Assembly (NCBI GenBank): GCA_964016885.1
Contig: CAXHJY010000744.1
Location: 1 to 64,000 of the forward strand
Length of the DNA stretch: 64,000 nt
Source: Eledone cirrhosa
Taxonomy: Eukaryota
Direction of reading: 5' to 3'
The position numbers and the translations under genes are program-made. How positions within the stretch are numbered: the first letter of the stretch is position 1; every line of letters starts with the position of its first letter. Positions 33,462 through 45,579 of this stretch are shown one piece after another. The notes under the pieces are model-generated. The model did not search any database. It was not told the origin of the DNA and worked only from the letters and a program-made list of their open reading frames with translations.

Positions 33462-33652
33462 AAAAAGTTTAACCACGACGGCAGAGCTCAAGCCGTTTCG
33501 ACGGCTATTTCTGGAGTCCAGAAATAGCCGTCAAAACGGCTTGAGCTCTGCCGTCAGGGTTAAACTTCTTCCTATTACCCACTCTACTACCCTAAGTATT
33601 GAGTACTCTGGTGCGTTATGGTCCATCTGGTTCCTTACCACACTTTCTTCTT
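33457..33652. mobile_element. 119-bp near-perfect palindrome plus tail, embedded in (TA)n
   Basis: 59-bp arms around centre 33516 with few mismatches; the tail runs to 33652. Confidence 0.85.
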
Positions 33653-33667
33653 ATATATATATATATA

Positions 33668-34703
33668 TCATCATCATCATCATCATCATCGTTTAACGTC
33701 CATTTTCCACGCTAGCATGGGTCTGGACGGGAATTGTCCCACTTGAGGCAAGATTGCTTGTCTTGCTCAGGACTGTCTGGCGGATTTTCTACGGCTGGAT
33801 GCCCTTCCTAACACCAACCACGTTTACAGTGTGGACTGGGAGGTTTTTACCGTGTTACCTACACGGCCACATTACAGCGTGGACTGTGTGTTTTTTTTTG
33901 TCGTGACACCTACACGACCTCATGTATTTAGGACTGGATGTTGTGGTACCAACATAGCTTTACATCGAAAGGGGTGGTGTAGATGGCGGTGGGGGTAGGG
34001 TTAGTGGTACGGGGGTGTATTTTGGTTAAGAGGTGCCTACTGACGGTAGGTTTCGCTTTGTACTTAGGCAAGGCGTGTCTTCTGTATTACTACGTAGCGC
34101 CAAAGATCTCGGTCCAGTGACATTGTCTTGGAGAGGTGTAAGTGTGTGAGGTCGGAATTTATCAAGTCGTCCCAGGTTTTTCTGGGTCTGCCTACGCCGT
34201 AGCTACCGTATATTTTGATCGCCCTGCACTTTTTTATACAGCTGTCATCGCGTGACCATACCAACGTAGTCTTCTCTCGAGTAAACAGCATCTGATCCCT
34301 CTTATTCCTAATTTCTCACTTAGTTCATTTATGCTTTGCCGTTCACGTATATTACTATTACACATCCAACGGAGCATGCAAGCTTCGTTCCTCTCCAGTC
34401 TGCGTAGATCCTCTGCACACAAGGCCCATGTCTCACTGCCATGTAACATCGCTGTTCGTATGCAGGCATCATACAGCCTGCCTTTTATTTTTAGAGAGAA
34501 ACCTTTAGCGGCCAAAAGTGGTATAAGCTCTCTGAACTTTTTCCATCCCGTTCGGACTACAGTACTTTCGGAGCACCCTCCACCACTGCTGATTTTGTCA
34601 CCCAGGTAACGGAAGGTGTCCACTATTTCTATAGAACCATCTGGGCAATGGAATGAGCTAGTATTCTGTGGGCATTTGGTGCTACTTATTGCACCAGAGC
34701 ACC

Positions 34704-34705
<2 letters not shown>
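33668..34705 (-). mobile_element. RTE-clade LINE, 5'-truncated 3' end
   Basis: Motifs VDTFRYLGDKISSGGG, MLHGSETWAL, RRLRWYGH and GRPRKTW, plus a 3' UTR and (CAT)n tail at 33668-33690. Confidence 0.92.
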
Positions 34706-34772
<67 letters not shown>

Positions 34773-34897
34773 AGATACTTGCTGTTTATCGTATGTTGAA
34801 ACAGATATTGTTATATATATATGGGATGGTCATGTTGCCAATAAAACCACCCGCACTAATTGACTTCACTTTGGTTTTATTATTAGTTCGTCTTTTT

Positions 34898-36528
34898 GCA
34901 ACAATGATAACAACGACAGTGATAACAACAACACCAACAAGAACAACGACAACAATAACAACACCCCCACCGACAAGAAGAAGAACACTTTCGCTGCGGC
35001 ACCAGCAAAAAGGAGGCTATGCTTCAACATGGACCTCTCAAACAAAGATGAAAAGTTGGCCCAGGCCTGGAAGCTCATCAAGCAAGAGCAAACCTGAGCC
35101 AACTTAACTGTCCCGGTAGAAGCTATTGAGGCAGTGGAGCGCAGAACGGTGCATTATAAATGCATCTCAGCACAAACCAAAAGGGCAGCTTTAAATCCAC
35201 AAGCAGATGTCGAAGTCGCGCTGAGGTGCATCAGAGATGACACCGAATACATAGTGAGGGGCAGACAGTACGGCACCATTTCAGTGCTGTTCAAGTCAGA
35301 AGCCCTCGCTATGAAACACGCTATGACTCCTTGCAAAACCAGCAAGGTCTTAATGTACCCCTCCCACATGGGAAAAAGAACGGCCCGTCTCCGTATTCCC
35401 AGAATCCCACCAGGACTTGAGATGTGGTGGCTTCTGGGATGTGTGATTGTGGAGGGGACGGATACCGTCCCGATAGAAGTGACAAAAACGGCCAGAGAGG
35501 ACTTGTCCGGGGTTGAGCTGGAGATACTTCTCCAGATCAGGCCGGAGAATGTGAAGACAATCCCGGACCACATCCGCCTTCAGAATGGGACGGTCATTGA
35601 TATTATGACCGAAGGCAAAAGGCCGCAGTGTTTTGTTTGTGGGGAAAAAACCCATTTGCGAGCCTTCTTCCCTTAACTGCAGAAAGATGCAAGGGGTCGA
35701 AGGGCGCCACTGCTGCCGACGCCGGGGCGAGAACCACAACCAACACCAGCACCAGCAAAACCACCAACAACAACACCAATAGAAAGACCACCACCAACAT
35801 TGACCACCCAGGGGGGAAACGGGGAAAGTCGTCCAACCAACCCCCCCCCCCCCAAATACACACATCAATAAAAACATAAACACACACACAGACACACTTA
35901 CAGACACAGACCCCTCATCTACCAGTAGTGAAGATGAGGGAAAACCAAAATCCCCCAAAATACAAAAAAGGAAACAAAAAGAAAAAAAAAACTCAACAAA
36001 GCACAAAATCACGCACAATAAAACTAAATGCAGACACCACCCACGCAAACATCTCTCCAATAACACCAACATCAACACCACCATCACCGTCACCAGAATC
36101 CCCCAAACACAAACAACCTAAACAGATGCAAGAACGAATACACACACAAACATCTGAAACCACAGACACCGCACTCACAACAAACACAGACACAACCGAA
36201 ACAACTCCACCAAAACCATCACCACCACAGCCACGCAAACAAATAAAATCACACCTACTCTGGTCATGCGCCTGTTGGTGGGTAAATTTGAGGAGGAGAG
36301 GGGTGCACTTCCAGTGTGCTCTCGAAGCGTCGGGTCGTTCAGGATTGGTGGGGTACCTGAACGAACCCTGGGTGGTTATCCTCCCTATTGGGGAATTTTT
36401 CTTGTATTTTTCTTGTTACTTTGTTATTGTTATTCATAGTGTTTACTTGATTTTTCTGTAAAACCCCACTGGCCCAGACTTTTGTATTGTCCCCTATATG
36501 TTGGCCCTTGTGGCCAATAAATAAAATC
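34898..36528 (+). mobile_element. ORF1-only L1/Tx1-like non-LTR element (HAL1-like) with 19-bp TSD
   Basis: ATTATTAGTTCGTCTTTTT at 34879-34897 and 36529-36547. The ORF carries the zinc knuckle CFVCGEKTHLRAFF and a T/P-rich tail. The element ends TGGCCAATAAATAAAATC. Confidence 0.8.
35134..35676 (+). pseudogene. L1/Tx1-type ORF1 (gag-like, degenerate CCHC knuckle)
   Basis: 180-aa ORF ending EGKRPQCFVCGEKTHLRAFFP. The same frame extends upstream to ~34900 and downstream across single stops. Confidence 0.7.
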
Positions 36529-36556
36529 ATTATTAGTTCGTCTTTTTAAGTAATTG

Positions 36557-36597
36557 TGAAAGTTCTTTCGTCACACCTTGTGAGACCTCATCAATGA
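36557..36597 (-). ncRNA. Degenerate hammerhead-like motif related to 30738-30779
   Basis: Minus strand: TTGATGA-G-GTC..GAC-GAAAGAACTTT, sharing GAAAGAACTTT with the Penelope copy. Confidence 0.4.
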
Positions 36598-36674
36598 TTA
36601 TTTGTTTTTATCGGTACCTCTTCTTCTTTCTGGTCTTATTTTCTTTAATGTATATCTATCTATCAATTTCTATC

Positions 36675-36762
<88 letters not shown>

Positions 36763-36862
36763 GGTGTGTGTGAAAAAATTCAACGAGGAAAAGAAAAACA
36801 ACACAAAACGATACAATGAAATAATGGCATATTAGTTTAACGCTTGATATCGGTGAGAAGAA

Positions 36863-36898
36863 TCTTAACGTTTCAGACACTAAACCTTCCTCGGAAGA
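36863..36898 (-). ncRNA. Minimal hammerhead motif, decayed copy of 59329-59364
   Basis: Minus strand: TCTT-CCGAGGA-AGGTTTAGTGTCT-GAAACGTT-AAGA. Confidence 0.5.
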
Positions 36899-37079
36899 TA
36901 AAAAATAGAATAGAAAGAAGAAAAGAATGTTAGGGAGAGAGAATGAAAAGGAAAACTCGAGATTAAAGGGAAAAAAAAAACAAGTGAAATGATAGAAATA
37001 AGAATAAGCATGTTGTTGTTGTTAGCCATCTTAGAAAATGAATGTGCGTGAGCGTATGTGTATGTGTGTCTTTGTGTGT

Positions 37080-37138
<59 letters not shown>

Positions 37139-38229
37139 TTCCTGGTGTGCTTCTTAATGGGAAAAAGATGCTAAAAATGTCTATATAATAACAGAAGTAT
37201 GTCTTAGTTTTTTTTCATCAAAACTAGCAAAGGATGTTAGTGATTCTTTCATTCACTCTCTTTAGATATATATTCAGTGGTGCAGAAAGATGTTATGACT
37301 TCAACAAGCATAGAATTGTCGATATTCTTAAAACTAGATCTGTAAATAAATGTGTAATGTGTGGACACTTCCTAAGATTGTTTCTCCTTTCTACATTTTA
37401 ATATTAAAGCTGTGATCTGGCAAAGTCTTAAAAGAGACAGATTAAAAATGAAATTTGAGTTCAACTTCAGCTTTGCTTTTCTACATTTCGACGTCGTTAA
37501 AAAAATAACAGTCAAGTATTAGGTTCCATTCATGCTTTTTGTTTTTTCTCTTTCTCTTTATTTTTCTGGAAGAAATGGACTGTGTTCCGACCTGGAGAGG
37601 GATGGGCTCCGCAAGGAGGTTTCACTTGCCCGAGACACATCGTGTGCCAGTATTGAATAATCATTCTCACGAACCCGTTCCTTAGCTAGATGCATTTACT
37701 ACTTGCATATGCATTGTGCAACTTGTGGTGCACCTTCTTGGAGTCGTAGAAACCTATCGAAGATTTTTTTTTATCGATTTCTGTCGGTTCTTGTCAGTTC
37801 GAGATGCTTCAGGTTAGTCTCCTCCCTGTTTGTATTTATCGTTGGTGTAGTTATAAACTATGGCCACATACACGTGGTCGTTTCATTAATGGTGTCACAC
37901 TTTCTTAAGTTTGTGCTTAGTCTGGACGAAAATGTATTAACTTTTCGCACCATTGAGTACTTTGTGACTGCCTTAAACAATTCGATTGGCATCTGCTCTA
38001 CTGTGGCTACAACTTCAATTTATACCTATTATATATATATATATATATATATAGTAATAATAATAAATTTGAAGACTAAAATCCAAAGAGGGCTCGATAA
38101 GGATAAATATATATCAAATATATAAGAACCCTAGAGCAAATATTGATTTTTTTTTAGTTTCAAAAGATCCCGTTAAGGGTGAAAGCAGCGATTCTTTGCT
38201 TAAACTTTAATCTGTTATTTTAATAAATA

Positions 38230-38288
<59 letters not shown>

Positions 38289-38304
38289 CCTTCCGGGGAG
38301 AGTA

Positions 38305-38445
38305 CAAAGCTGGTTGAATCAAACCCAATACTTTATTTTATCGAACCCGGAAGAATGAAAGATAAAGTTGGTCCCTCGGTGGAATTTTCACTCACCATGT
38401 AAAGAGCTAGAACAAAAACCGCAATGGTATTTTCTCCAAACTCTA
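38305..38445 (-). mobile_element. Degenerate tRNA-derived SINE
   Basis: TACTTTATTTTATCGAACCCGGAAGAATGAAAG matches the family at 48667. Confidence 0.6.
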
Positions 38446-38449
38446 CAAA

Positions 38450-39083
38450 GCTGTCCGAGAGGTGCGCTAGCCGACGAAACCATTCTACACGGCCTCGACC
38501 AGTGTCCGAGTATTGCTGATTTGTAGGTTTATGTCGAAAACCTGCTGTCGCGAGTAGGATTGATCCGGTGAGTCCATCATTAAGATTGCCTTGCAGGTTT
38601 CCTTTAGGCAGTAAGGGCAGGAAATTTCTATCTGTCTGGTGGCCATAGTGAAAGAGGTCGTGTTTGAAAGTGTTAAAGACAAGTAACTTCCTCTTCAGAA
38701 AAGCCCTGATTGACTTTTTCAGTTTTCACCTGTAGAAAATCAGGATAGAGAAGGAAGTACTAACTTCCAACCAGTTTTTTTAAAGCTGCGTCTGAGTGGT
38801 GAGCATGACCCGAGTGAATGTGTTGCTCTGAGTATGCACGTGTAAATTAAACAACTTGTAGGGAGCACTTGCTCTACCAGTCAGCGTGATCACGGCATTT
38901 TGTGGGCTTTCTCCACAAGTAACCCTCAGATGCCCCCTATTGGTGAATTTATTTTGTTTGAATATTTTACATGTTTTTCTTTGTTTCCTTGTTTTTGTTA
39001 AAACATTTTACACGCCAAAGCCCATATTGTGCCGCCGTGTTTGTTTCTTTAATATAAACCCCAATGGCTAATAAAGAAACCAT
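38450..39083 (+). mobile_element. Tx1/L1-clade LINE 3' end (ORF2 C-terminal Cys-rich region + 3' UTR)
   Basis: SCPR..ADETILHGLDQCPSIADL*VYVENLLSRVG, ending TGGCTAATAAAGAAACC. Confidence 0.7.
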
Positions 39084-39093
39084 TATTATTACT

Positions 39094-39305
39094 TTGCCAG
39101 AATCGGTAGAACGTCAGACAATAAGCTTTGCTGATATAGTTACATCTCTTTACGTTCTCTAGTTCAAATCTCGTTGAATTTAGCTTTGCCATTCATTCTT
39201 ACGAGGTCGATAAAATAAAATACCAGTAATTCATTGAGGTAGATTTAATCGACTTTTCCCTTTCCTTTAAATTGCTGGCCTTGGGTCAAAAGTAGAAACA
39301 AATAT
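39094..39305 (+). mobile_element. tRNA-derived SINE
   Basis: A-box-like, GTTCAAATC B-box and central TTCATTCTTACGAGGTCGATAAAATAAAATACCAG. Confidence 0.75.
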
Positions 39306-39502
39306 TGCTCTTTTAACACTAAAAAAAGCATTACAAGAATCTCATCGAATTAAATGAAGTTGTCTCCATGGCAACATGTTAACGATACATAATCTCCACA
39401 TTTCTCAGTTTTTATTTGAATTGTTTCAAACATTTTAAAATTATATTTCTTCAAAATGTGTTCATCTTCTGTAATGCTTATTCACACTCCTTTTCATACA
39501 TG

Positions 39503-39536
<34 letters not shown>

Positions 39537-39840
39537 GTGCGTTTGTGCGTGTGTTTGTTGGCGCGCATGCTTGTCTGTGTGTATGTGTCTGTGCGTCTGT
39601 GTGCGTGTGTGTTTGGGTGTGCATGTACATATGTGTGTGAGTGAATGTGTATGTGCCTGCTGTTGTATGTGTGAAAATGTGTTTGCGTGTATGTGTGCCA
39701 ACGTGTTTGAGTGTGTGTGTGTGTGAATGTGTGTGTATGTGTGTGTATGAAAATGTGTGTGTGCGTGTTTGCGTGCGTTTGTGCGTGTGTTTGTTCGCGA
39801 GCATGCGTGTGTGTGCGTGTGTGTATATATGTGTGCGGGC
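39503..39840. repeat. Degenerate (TG)n microsatellite
   Basis: Direct reading. Confidence 0.9.
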
Positions 39841-40175
39841 AGGTTTTTAATATTTCAACTTAAATTCTCAATGAGAAATATTTCAAAAAGTTATTTAGAT
39901 AGTTTTTTATTTTTATTTTTATTTCTATTATTGGAAGAATATAGAAAAAAAATAGATTTCCCATTTCATCATTTATAAATATTTTTTAAAAGTAGTTAAA
40001 AAAATATAAATTTGGTGTAGCTTTGGTAACTGACAGATTCGAACGTCGCCTCACTGCAGTCAGATTTCTACATTTTTCTACCTACAGTTCTTCATCTATC
40101 CATGGGTGCTGACCTTCTTAGCAAGTCATAAGAACAGCACTATCTTGGACATCTAAACTTGGCAGAACCGATGCC

Positions 40176-40361
40176 CAGATATGTTAACTCTCCCCGTCCG
40201 ATAGGGAGATCTCCCACCCACTTTGGAGTGGGTATCTTCTCTTGTGAAAATGGGTATAGCTTTCATTATGTAAAATCTCCCAATTTTGCCTCATTTCTTC
40301 CCGTTCTGGGACACTTTTTTGTGGTACTCCCCGTTTGGGATTTTAGAGGTTGGCAGGTCTG
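40176..40361. mobile_element. ~190-bp MITE (hAT-like TIR), copy 1
   Basis: Ends GAGGTTGGCAGGTCTG; homologous to 50727-50925 and 62511-62703. Confidence 0.8.
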
Positions 40362-40819
40362 CATCCCTGACCAAGCTTGAACACAGCCAATATCTTCTTG
40401 AGTGAAAGATGGGACATGGAAAGAGAGAGTGTGTGTGTGTGTGTATCTGTGTGTCTGTGTCTGTGTGTGTCTATGTGTGTGTGTCTGTGTGTGTGTCTGT
40501 GTATGTGGAGGGGGGGAATCAACCTCAGCACTGGACATGTGCTCTATATAGTGACCTCAAATGATGAAAGGATAAGTTTACCACGGCGAGACTTGAACGC
40601 AGAGAGCCATAACGAATACCGTTAAGGATTCTAACTGACATTCTAACAACTTTGTCTATTCGTCTCCTATCTACAACATATCTTTGTCATATACACAACT
40701 GTACTGGTGACAGGTATCGAAATTCTATACAACTACTTGCAACAACGCTCCTGTGAATGTTTTGTAAATATAATAACAATTGACCTCACAAATGCCGCTC
40801 CGTTACCAGTGTCGATCTT

Positions 40820-41290
40820 TTCAGTCTTCACCCCCTGTCATGCTGTTACAGTGATGGACGCCTCCCACGCCATGCTGCTCACAATGAGATCACGTAGCAT
40901 GGCCTAGATGGCCCTTTAGTTCCCTCTCCAACTCCAGCCAGCATGACTGGACTGAGGGGACGGCAAAACGTCAGATGGCCGGACAGTCTTCCCATTCTCA
41001 GGGAGTAGAATCCTCATCTGGGGTCCCACATGATGTGACACCTACTCAATAGCAACCTGGTGCGTTCTGCTACCAGCCCAAGCTCTGCTGCCCACCAAGC
41101 CAAAGAGGGCAAACTTTCCAAGTGGTAGAGCCTGCAGCAGTGGAGACTTCCGGTGTTCTTGGCTCCCGGACTACATCCCTACTCACTGCTATTGAGGCGG
41201 AGTGGCTGTTTCAGCGCGTCTCCCTCGCCGTCCTCCGGAGCAATGCATTCGCCATCAGGTCAGCCAGGACCCAGTGGCGGAGGGCAAGTT
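40820..41290 (+). mobile_element. CRE-clade non-LTR fragment (restriction-like endonuclease C-terminus)
   Basis: Frameshifted GRLPRHAA, DGKTSDGRTVFPFS, AVETSGVLG and AEWLFQRVSLAVLRSNAFAI, like the DGKRPDG..VET.G..FQR.S.AV.RGNA pattern. Confidence 0.7.
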
Positions 41291-42309
41291 AGTTGGTGGT
41301 GGAGGATACTCGTTCGGACGTCACTCCAACAACTAAAGTATATTTATATATGAAGTATTGCACTGAAAAGAGATTTTACTCATACATGTTTGTTTATGTG
41401 AGTTTGTACTGGCAGACAGCATCCAAGAGCAAGCCTTCATTTCCTTACTATAAAAAATAATGGTAATTTTACCCCCATACCTCCGTTGCTGTTTAGACCA
41501 TAGAGAGCTGGAGGTGTTTGAGTTTTTGGTAAGTATGCTGGCGTGCTTGCTGTTACTATACTCAACGATGGAGGTGGGCAGAGTTAGAGCTATTTCTACT
41601 AGGGACATAATTAGATGTAGGACAACTATACGAGTTCTTCGTATGATGGAATTATGTACACGGTAGCTTAGATGAATAGATGTTTAATTAATTGTAATTC
41701 TAATTAAATTCTATTTGGTTTATTTTTATAAGATCTATTTATCCAGATTAATATTTATTTGTTTAGGCTGAATGTGTTGGATAATTTATTTCATTTAGAT
41801 ATTTATTTCGTTTATATAATTTTATTTAATAATTTATTTAGCTTTTTATTGAATGTTTTAGATAATTTTCGTCAATATATTTTTATATTTAGATATTTTG
41901 TTTGATATTCTAATTAGGTAAATTTCAATAGCTTTATTAACTTTTTTTGTAAATTTCTGTTTTATATATATTTATTTGATTCGTGTAGCTTGGATTGTTA
42001 TAGGTATCTCACACGAGTCTCCTTTTTATTTCATTTAAGCGTATTCTGAGTTTGACTTTCGTATTAAGACTTTTAATACCAAGTTATGTTTTCTACCTTT
42101 GATTAATATAAATGATTTCACGTAGTTCGGTATATGGCTAGAATGAGACTAATTGGTGATTTCAGGGATTTGGGGTCGTTAAGCAGGATACAGTTTTAGA
42201 TTAAATTAATCAGTGTTTCTGGTGTTTAGATCCCGTCGGTGTAGATTCTGACGCAATGGGGTCGTAATTGCTGCAGATAATAATAGTTTTTATTATGTAG
42301 ATATTACGT

Positions 42310-42523
42310 AGGGTGGTGGATTGGCAGTATCGGTAGAGAGTCGGACACCATGCTTTGAAGCATAGAGTTACGGCCCTTTACAGTCTGAGTTCAAATCCCG
42401 CCGGGGTTAACTTTGCCTTTCATCCTTACAGGGTCGATAAAATAAAGTACCAGTCACGCACTGAGGTCGATTTAATCGACTTTCCCCTCTCCCAAATTAC
42501 TGGTCTTGTGCCTATACTAGAAA
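42310..42523 (+). mobile_element. Full-length tRNA-derived SINE (Meta-domain-like core) with ~20-bp TSD
   Basis: A box TGGCAGTATCGG, B box GAGTTCAAATCC and core GCCTTTCATCCTTACAGGGTCGATAAAATAAAGTACCAG. TSD TTATTATGTAGATATTAYGT at 42290-42309 and 42524-42543. Confidence 0.9.
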
Positions 42524-42717
42524 TTATTATGTAGATATTATGTAATATGACAGCTGCAATTTGACAGCGTCTGTCTCCTTCATATTAGTAGTTAGTGTCA
42601 GTCTTTGGTTAGTTTACAAAATATAAGGTTCAGTAATATGGATGATGTCTGAGATCTGGTATAGGCGCTTAATTTATAGTTGGCTTTGATTTTCTAAGTA
42701 TATTGTTTACTGTATTG

Positions 42718-42845
42718 AAGACGCTTGGCTGAGTGGTTAGAGAATTAGATTTGGATTCGCAATCGTGAGGTTGTGAGTTCGATTCCCGAACCTGGTGATG
42801 CGTTATGTCCTTCAGCAAGACTCTTTATTTCACGTTGCTCCTTCT
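42718..42845 (+). mobile_element. CORE-like tRNA SINE
   Basis: TGGCTGAGTGG A box, GAGTTCGATTCC B box, then TGTCCTTCAGCAAGACTCTTT. Decayed relatives lie near 49400-49575, 50517-50620 and 60550-60640. Confidence 0.65.
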
Positions 42846-43282
42846 ACCTGGATTTGTGACCAGTAGGTCCTAGTAGCAATTGGAAAGACCAATGGAAACA
42901 TTTTTCCCTCGGTCCGATTTTGTCGATCAACTGTTATTGTTTACTGTTTAGGATAACTGACGGTCTTATTTACTACATACACACTCATATATATATATAT
43001 ATATATATATATCATAAAACATGTCTATAGAATCACCAGATAAAATATGTACCATTTCCTCTCCCAATTAGCATAATTAACTATACAAAAAATCGAATAG
43101 ACCAGGCTATAAGAATAAGGCTTCTATGAAGAAATCTCCAACAAATAACCGAAACTAGCCCTTCGCGTCGGCCGCGACGGAATATTTATCGAATATTTCG
43201 ACAGCGTAATCGCCCAGATACAGTCAATTAAACAGAATTAGGTGTAAAATAAACTAGGAGAAAATAGAATACATTTATTTAC

Positions 43283-43355
43283 CTCTACCATGGTTTCGTC
43301 CGCATTTTGAGATTTCCAGTAACTTTGGAAACTCGAGCATCGGACTCTTCAGGAG
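43283..43355 (-). ncRNA. Complete type I hammerhead ribozyme motif
   Basis: Minus strand: CTC-CTGAAGA-GTCCG..CGGAC-GAAAC-CATG-GTA-GAG, with AATAAA 3 nt later. Confidence 0.8.
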
Positions 43356-43557
43356 TTTTGCTCTAATCTAGACATTAAATTTTCCAAAGTGATCGCGCCA
43401 AGAATTCATTCAAAAATGGCTAAGAATCGTGACGTAGCAGCGGTCAGGTTGGAAGGAATGTGGTAGTTGCTTACGGCTGGTGGCTTTTTGCTAGAAAGCA
43501 CAGCACAATACAGCCAAATTTGTATCTCAACCTAATGGGAGATTATTACATATAAAG

Positions 43558-43596
<39 letters not shown>

Positions 43597-43648
43597 CATA
43601 TACGTGTTTTGCAACGGGTCGCTTTGGGACTCTTTTCCTATATTTATA

Positions 43649-43701
<53 letters not shown>

Positions 43702-44565
43702 CTAGTAATAGACTATCAAAAGTAAAAGTCGACCACCTTTTTTGGCCAAAGATTCTGGAATTTTCCATAGACCTCGTATAAAAGCCAACCCTAGTATTCC
43801 ACGAATAACAGATCAACATTTGCGGTTCAAGGTATTATCCCGTACGCAGAAATAACACTGTTACAAAATCGTTGTGAATTTAATGCTAATTTATATTATT
43901 GCAAATACATGTCTGAAACTAAAGATTAATTCAAACGTGTACCTTGCTTATTGTAGACTACCATATAGCTGGAATGCTTAGTGCTTATGGTGGAATGTTC
44001 GTTGCTTATAGTAAAAAACACCATATAGTAGCTAGCACTACACATCTGTCGATGGGTGCGACATCAACATTACTAAAAATGTATGCTCAAGAGGATCTGA
44101 AATGCTGCAACCTTTATATTTTCCTAATTTCTAAACAATAAACACATGCGTCTGTGCTCGTCCCATTGTCTGTTTAGATAGTAGATATATTACCCATGGT
44201 AATATACAGTAATTATGAGATATAAATTGATTGCACTAAGCTAGACTCTTAAGTGGAAACTAGTAAAAGAGCATGCGTAAATATTTATAAGAGCTACCCG
44301 GCCTTGTTTATAGAATTTGTTATTTGCTAGGACGTGTGTTTTGATACACATATTCTGAAATGTTACTGTAATTCATTGTGTTTTGGTTTTTATTCATTTA
44401 GAAATAAGTTCGGTTTCTGCTACTGATACAGTACTTTGGATTCTAACTGGAATTTCAGCCCGTGAACAGTAGTATCTATATAATAGTAGACCATATATAT
44501 TTAATCTTAAAAGTTGATCTAAACAATTCTACATATGGTATATATGTATTTCATAACACACACAT

Positions 44566-44666
<101 letters not shown>

Positions 44667-44667
44667 C

Positions 44668-44720
<53 letters not shown>

Positions 44721-44761
44721 CACATATACGTATATATATATATATATATATATAAATATAC

Positions 44762-44817
<56 letters not shown>

Positions 44818-44855
44818 ACATATATGTATATATATATATACATATATATATATAT

Positions 44856-45466
44856 CTCTGGATGTCGGTGAGCATGTCTAGCTAACCTCAGTCTCCTCTG
44901 TGTCACTTTTGAGCTGACTTTTGGGATGCTCCCATACAGCTCTGAGTTTTTCATCCTCAGTGTATACTGATTAATGTTCAGAGCCATCCTCAGCATTCTC
45001 GTGTAGTACCCATCCACCATCTGAGAGAGTTTCTTGGTCAGTGTCCAAGTCCCAGACCCATACAGCAGCACAGACTCCACTACAGCAATGAAGAGGCGGA
45101 TTTTCAGGTCCGATTTCCACACCGATCTCAAGCTGTGGCACGCCGCCCAGGCCTTGTTATTCCTCTCAACCACATCATCTTCCGTATTCCCAATCTTTGC
45201 TCCCAAATACAGGAAGCCCTCAACCAATTCTAGCGGCTTCCCGCCTACATTAGTGATCCCCTCTGGCTTCTCAACATTCTCTACCAGTGCTCCTTTGGGA
45301 GCCCCTACATGGACACACTAGAAGAGGAAGACCAAGGTTAACGTATGTTGATGCCCTAAGGACAGACACTGGTCTGTTGGAGACGCAGGACATGGCAGCG
45401 ATTATGAGGGACAGAGACCGTTGGAGAGAACTTGTCCATGGATCTCGGGAATTTTACCCGCCTTAG
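44856..45466. mobile_element. RTE-group LINE 3' end with 5' inversion
   Basis: Minus strand 45279-44856 reads [32 protein letters not shown]. Plus strand 45281-45466 continues [30 protein letters not shown]. Confidence 0.88.
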
Positions 45467-45532
45467 ATATATATATATATATATATACATATAGAATTCA
45501 CAAGAATCAAAGCTATGTTCAAAGCATTTATT

Positions 45533-45579
45533 CACTTACAATTGTTTCATCTAAACCTAGGCTTGGAGTCTTCGGAGCA
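45533..45579 (-). ncRNA. Hammerhead motif, CCGAAGA core variant, short stem II
   Basis: Minus strand: TGCT-CCGAAGA-C TCCAAGC CTAG GTTTAGA T-GAAAC-AATT-GTA-AGTG-AATAAA. Confidence 0.65.

Noticed and set aside
37703-38020. Possible decayed LINE N-terminal coding on the minus strand
   Set aside because: Similarity is too weak to assign by eye. The same applies to 41380-42240.
39416-39978. Cys/Val- and His/Thr-rich ORFs (also 57003-57487, 58684-59048)
   Set aside because: Translations of (TG)n/(CA)n microsatellites.
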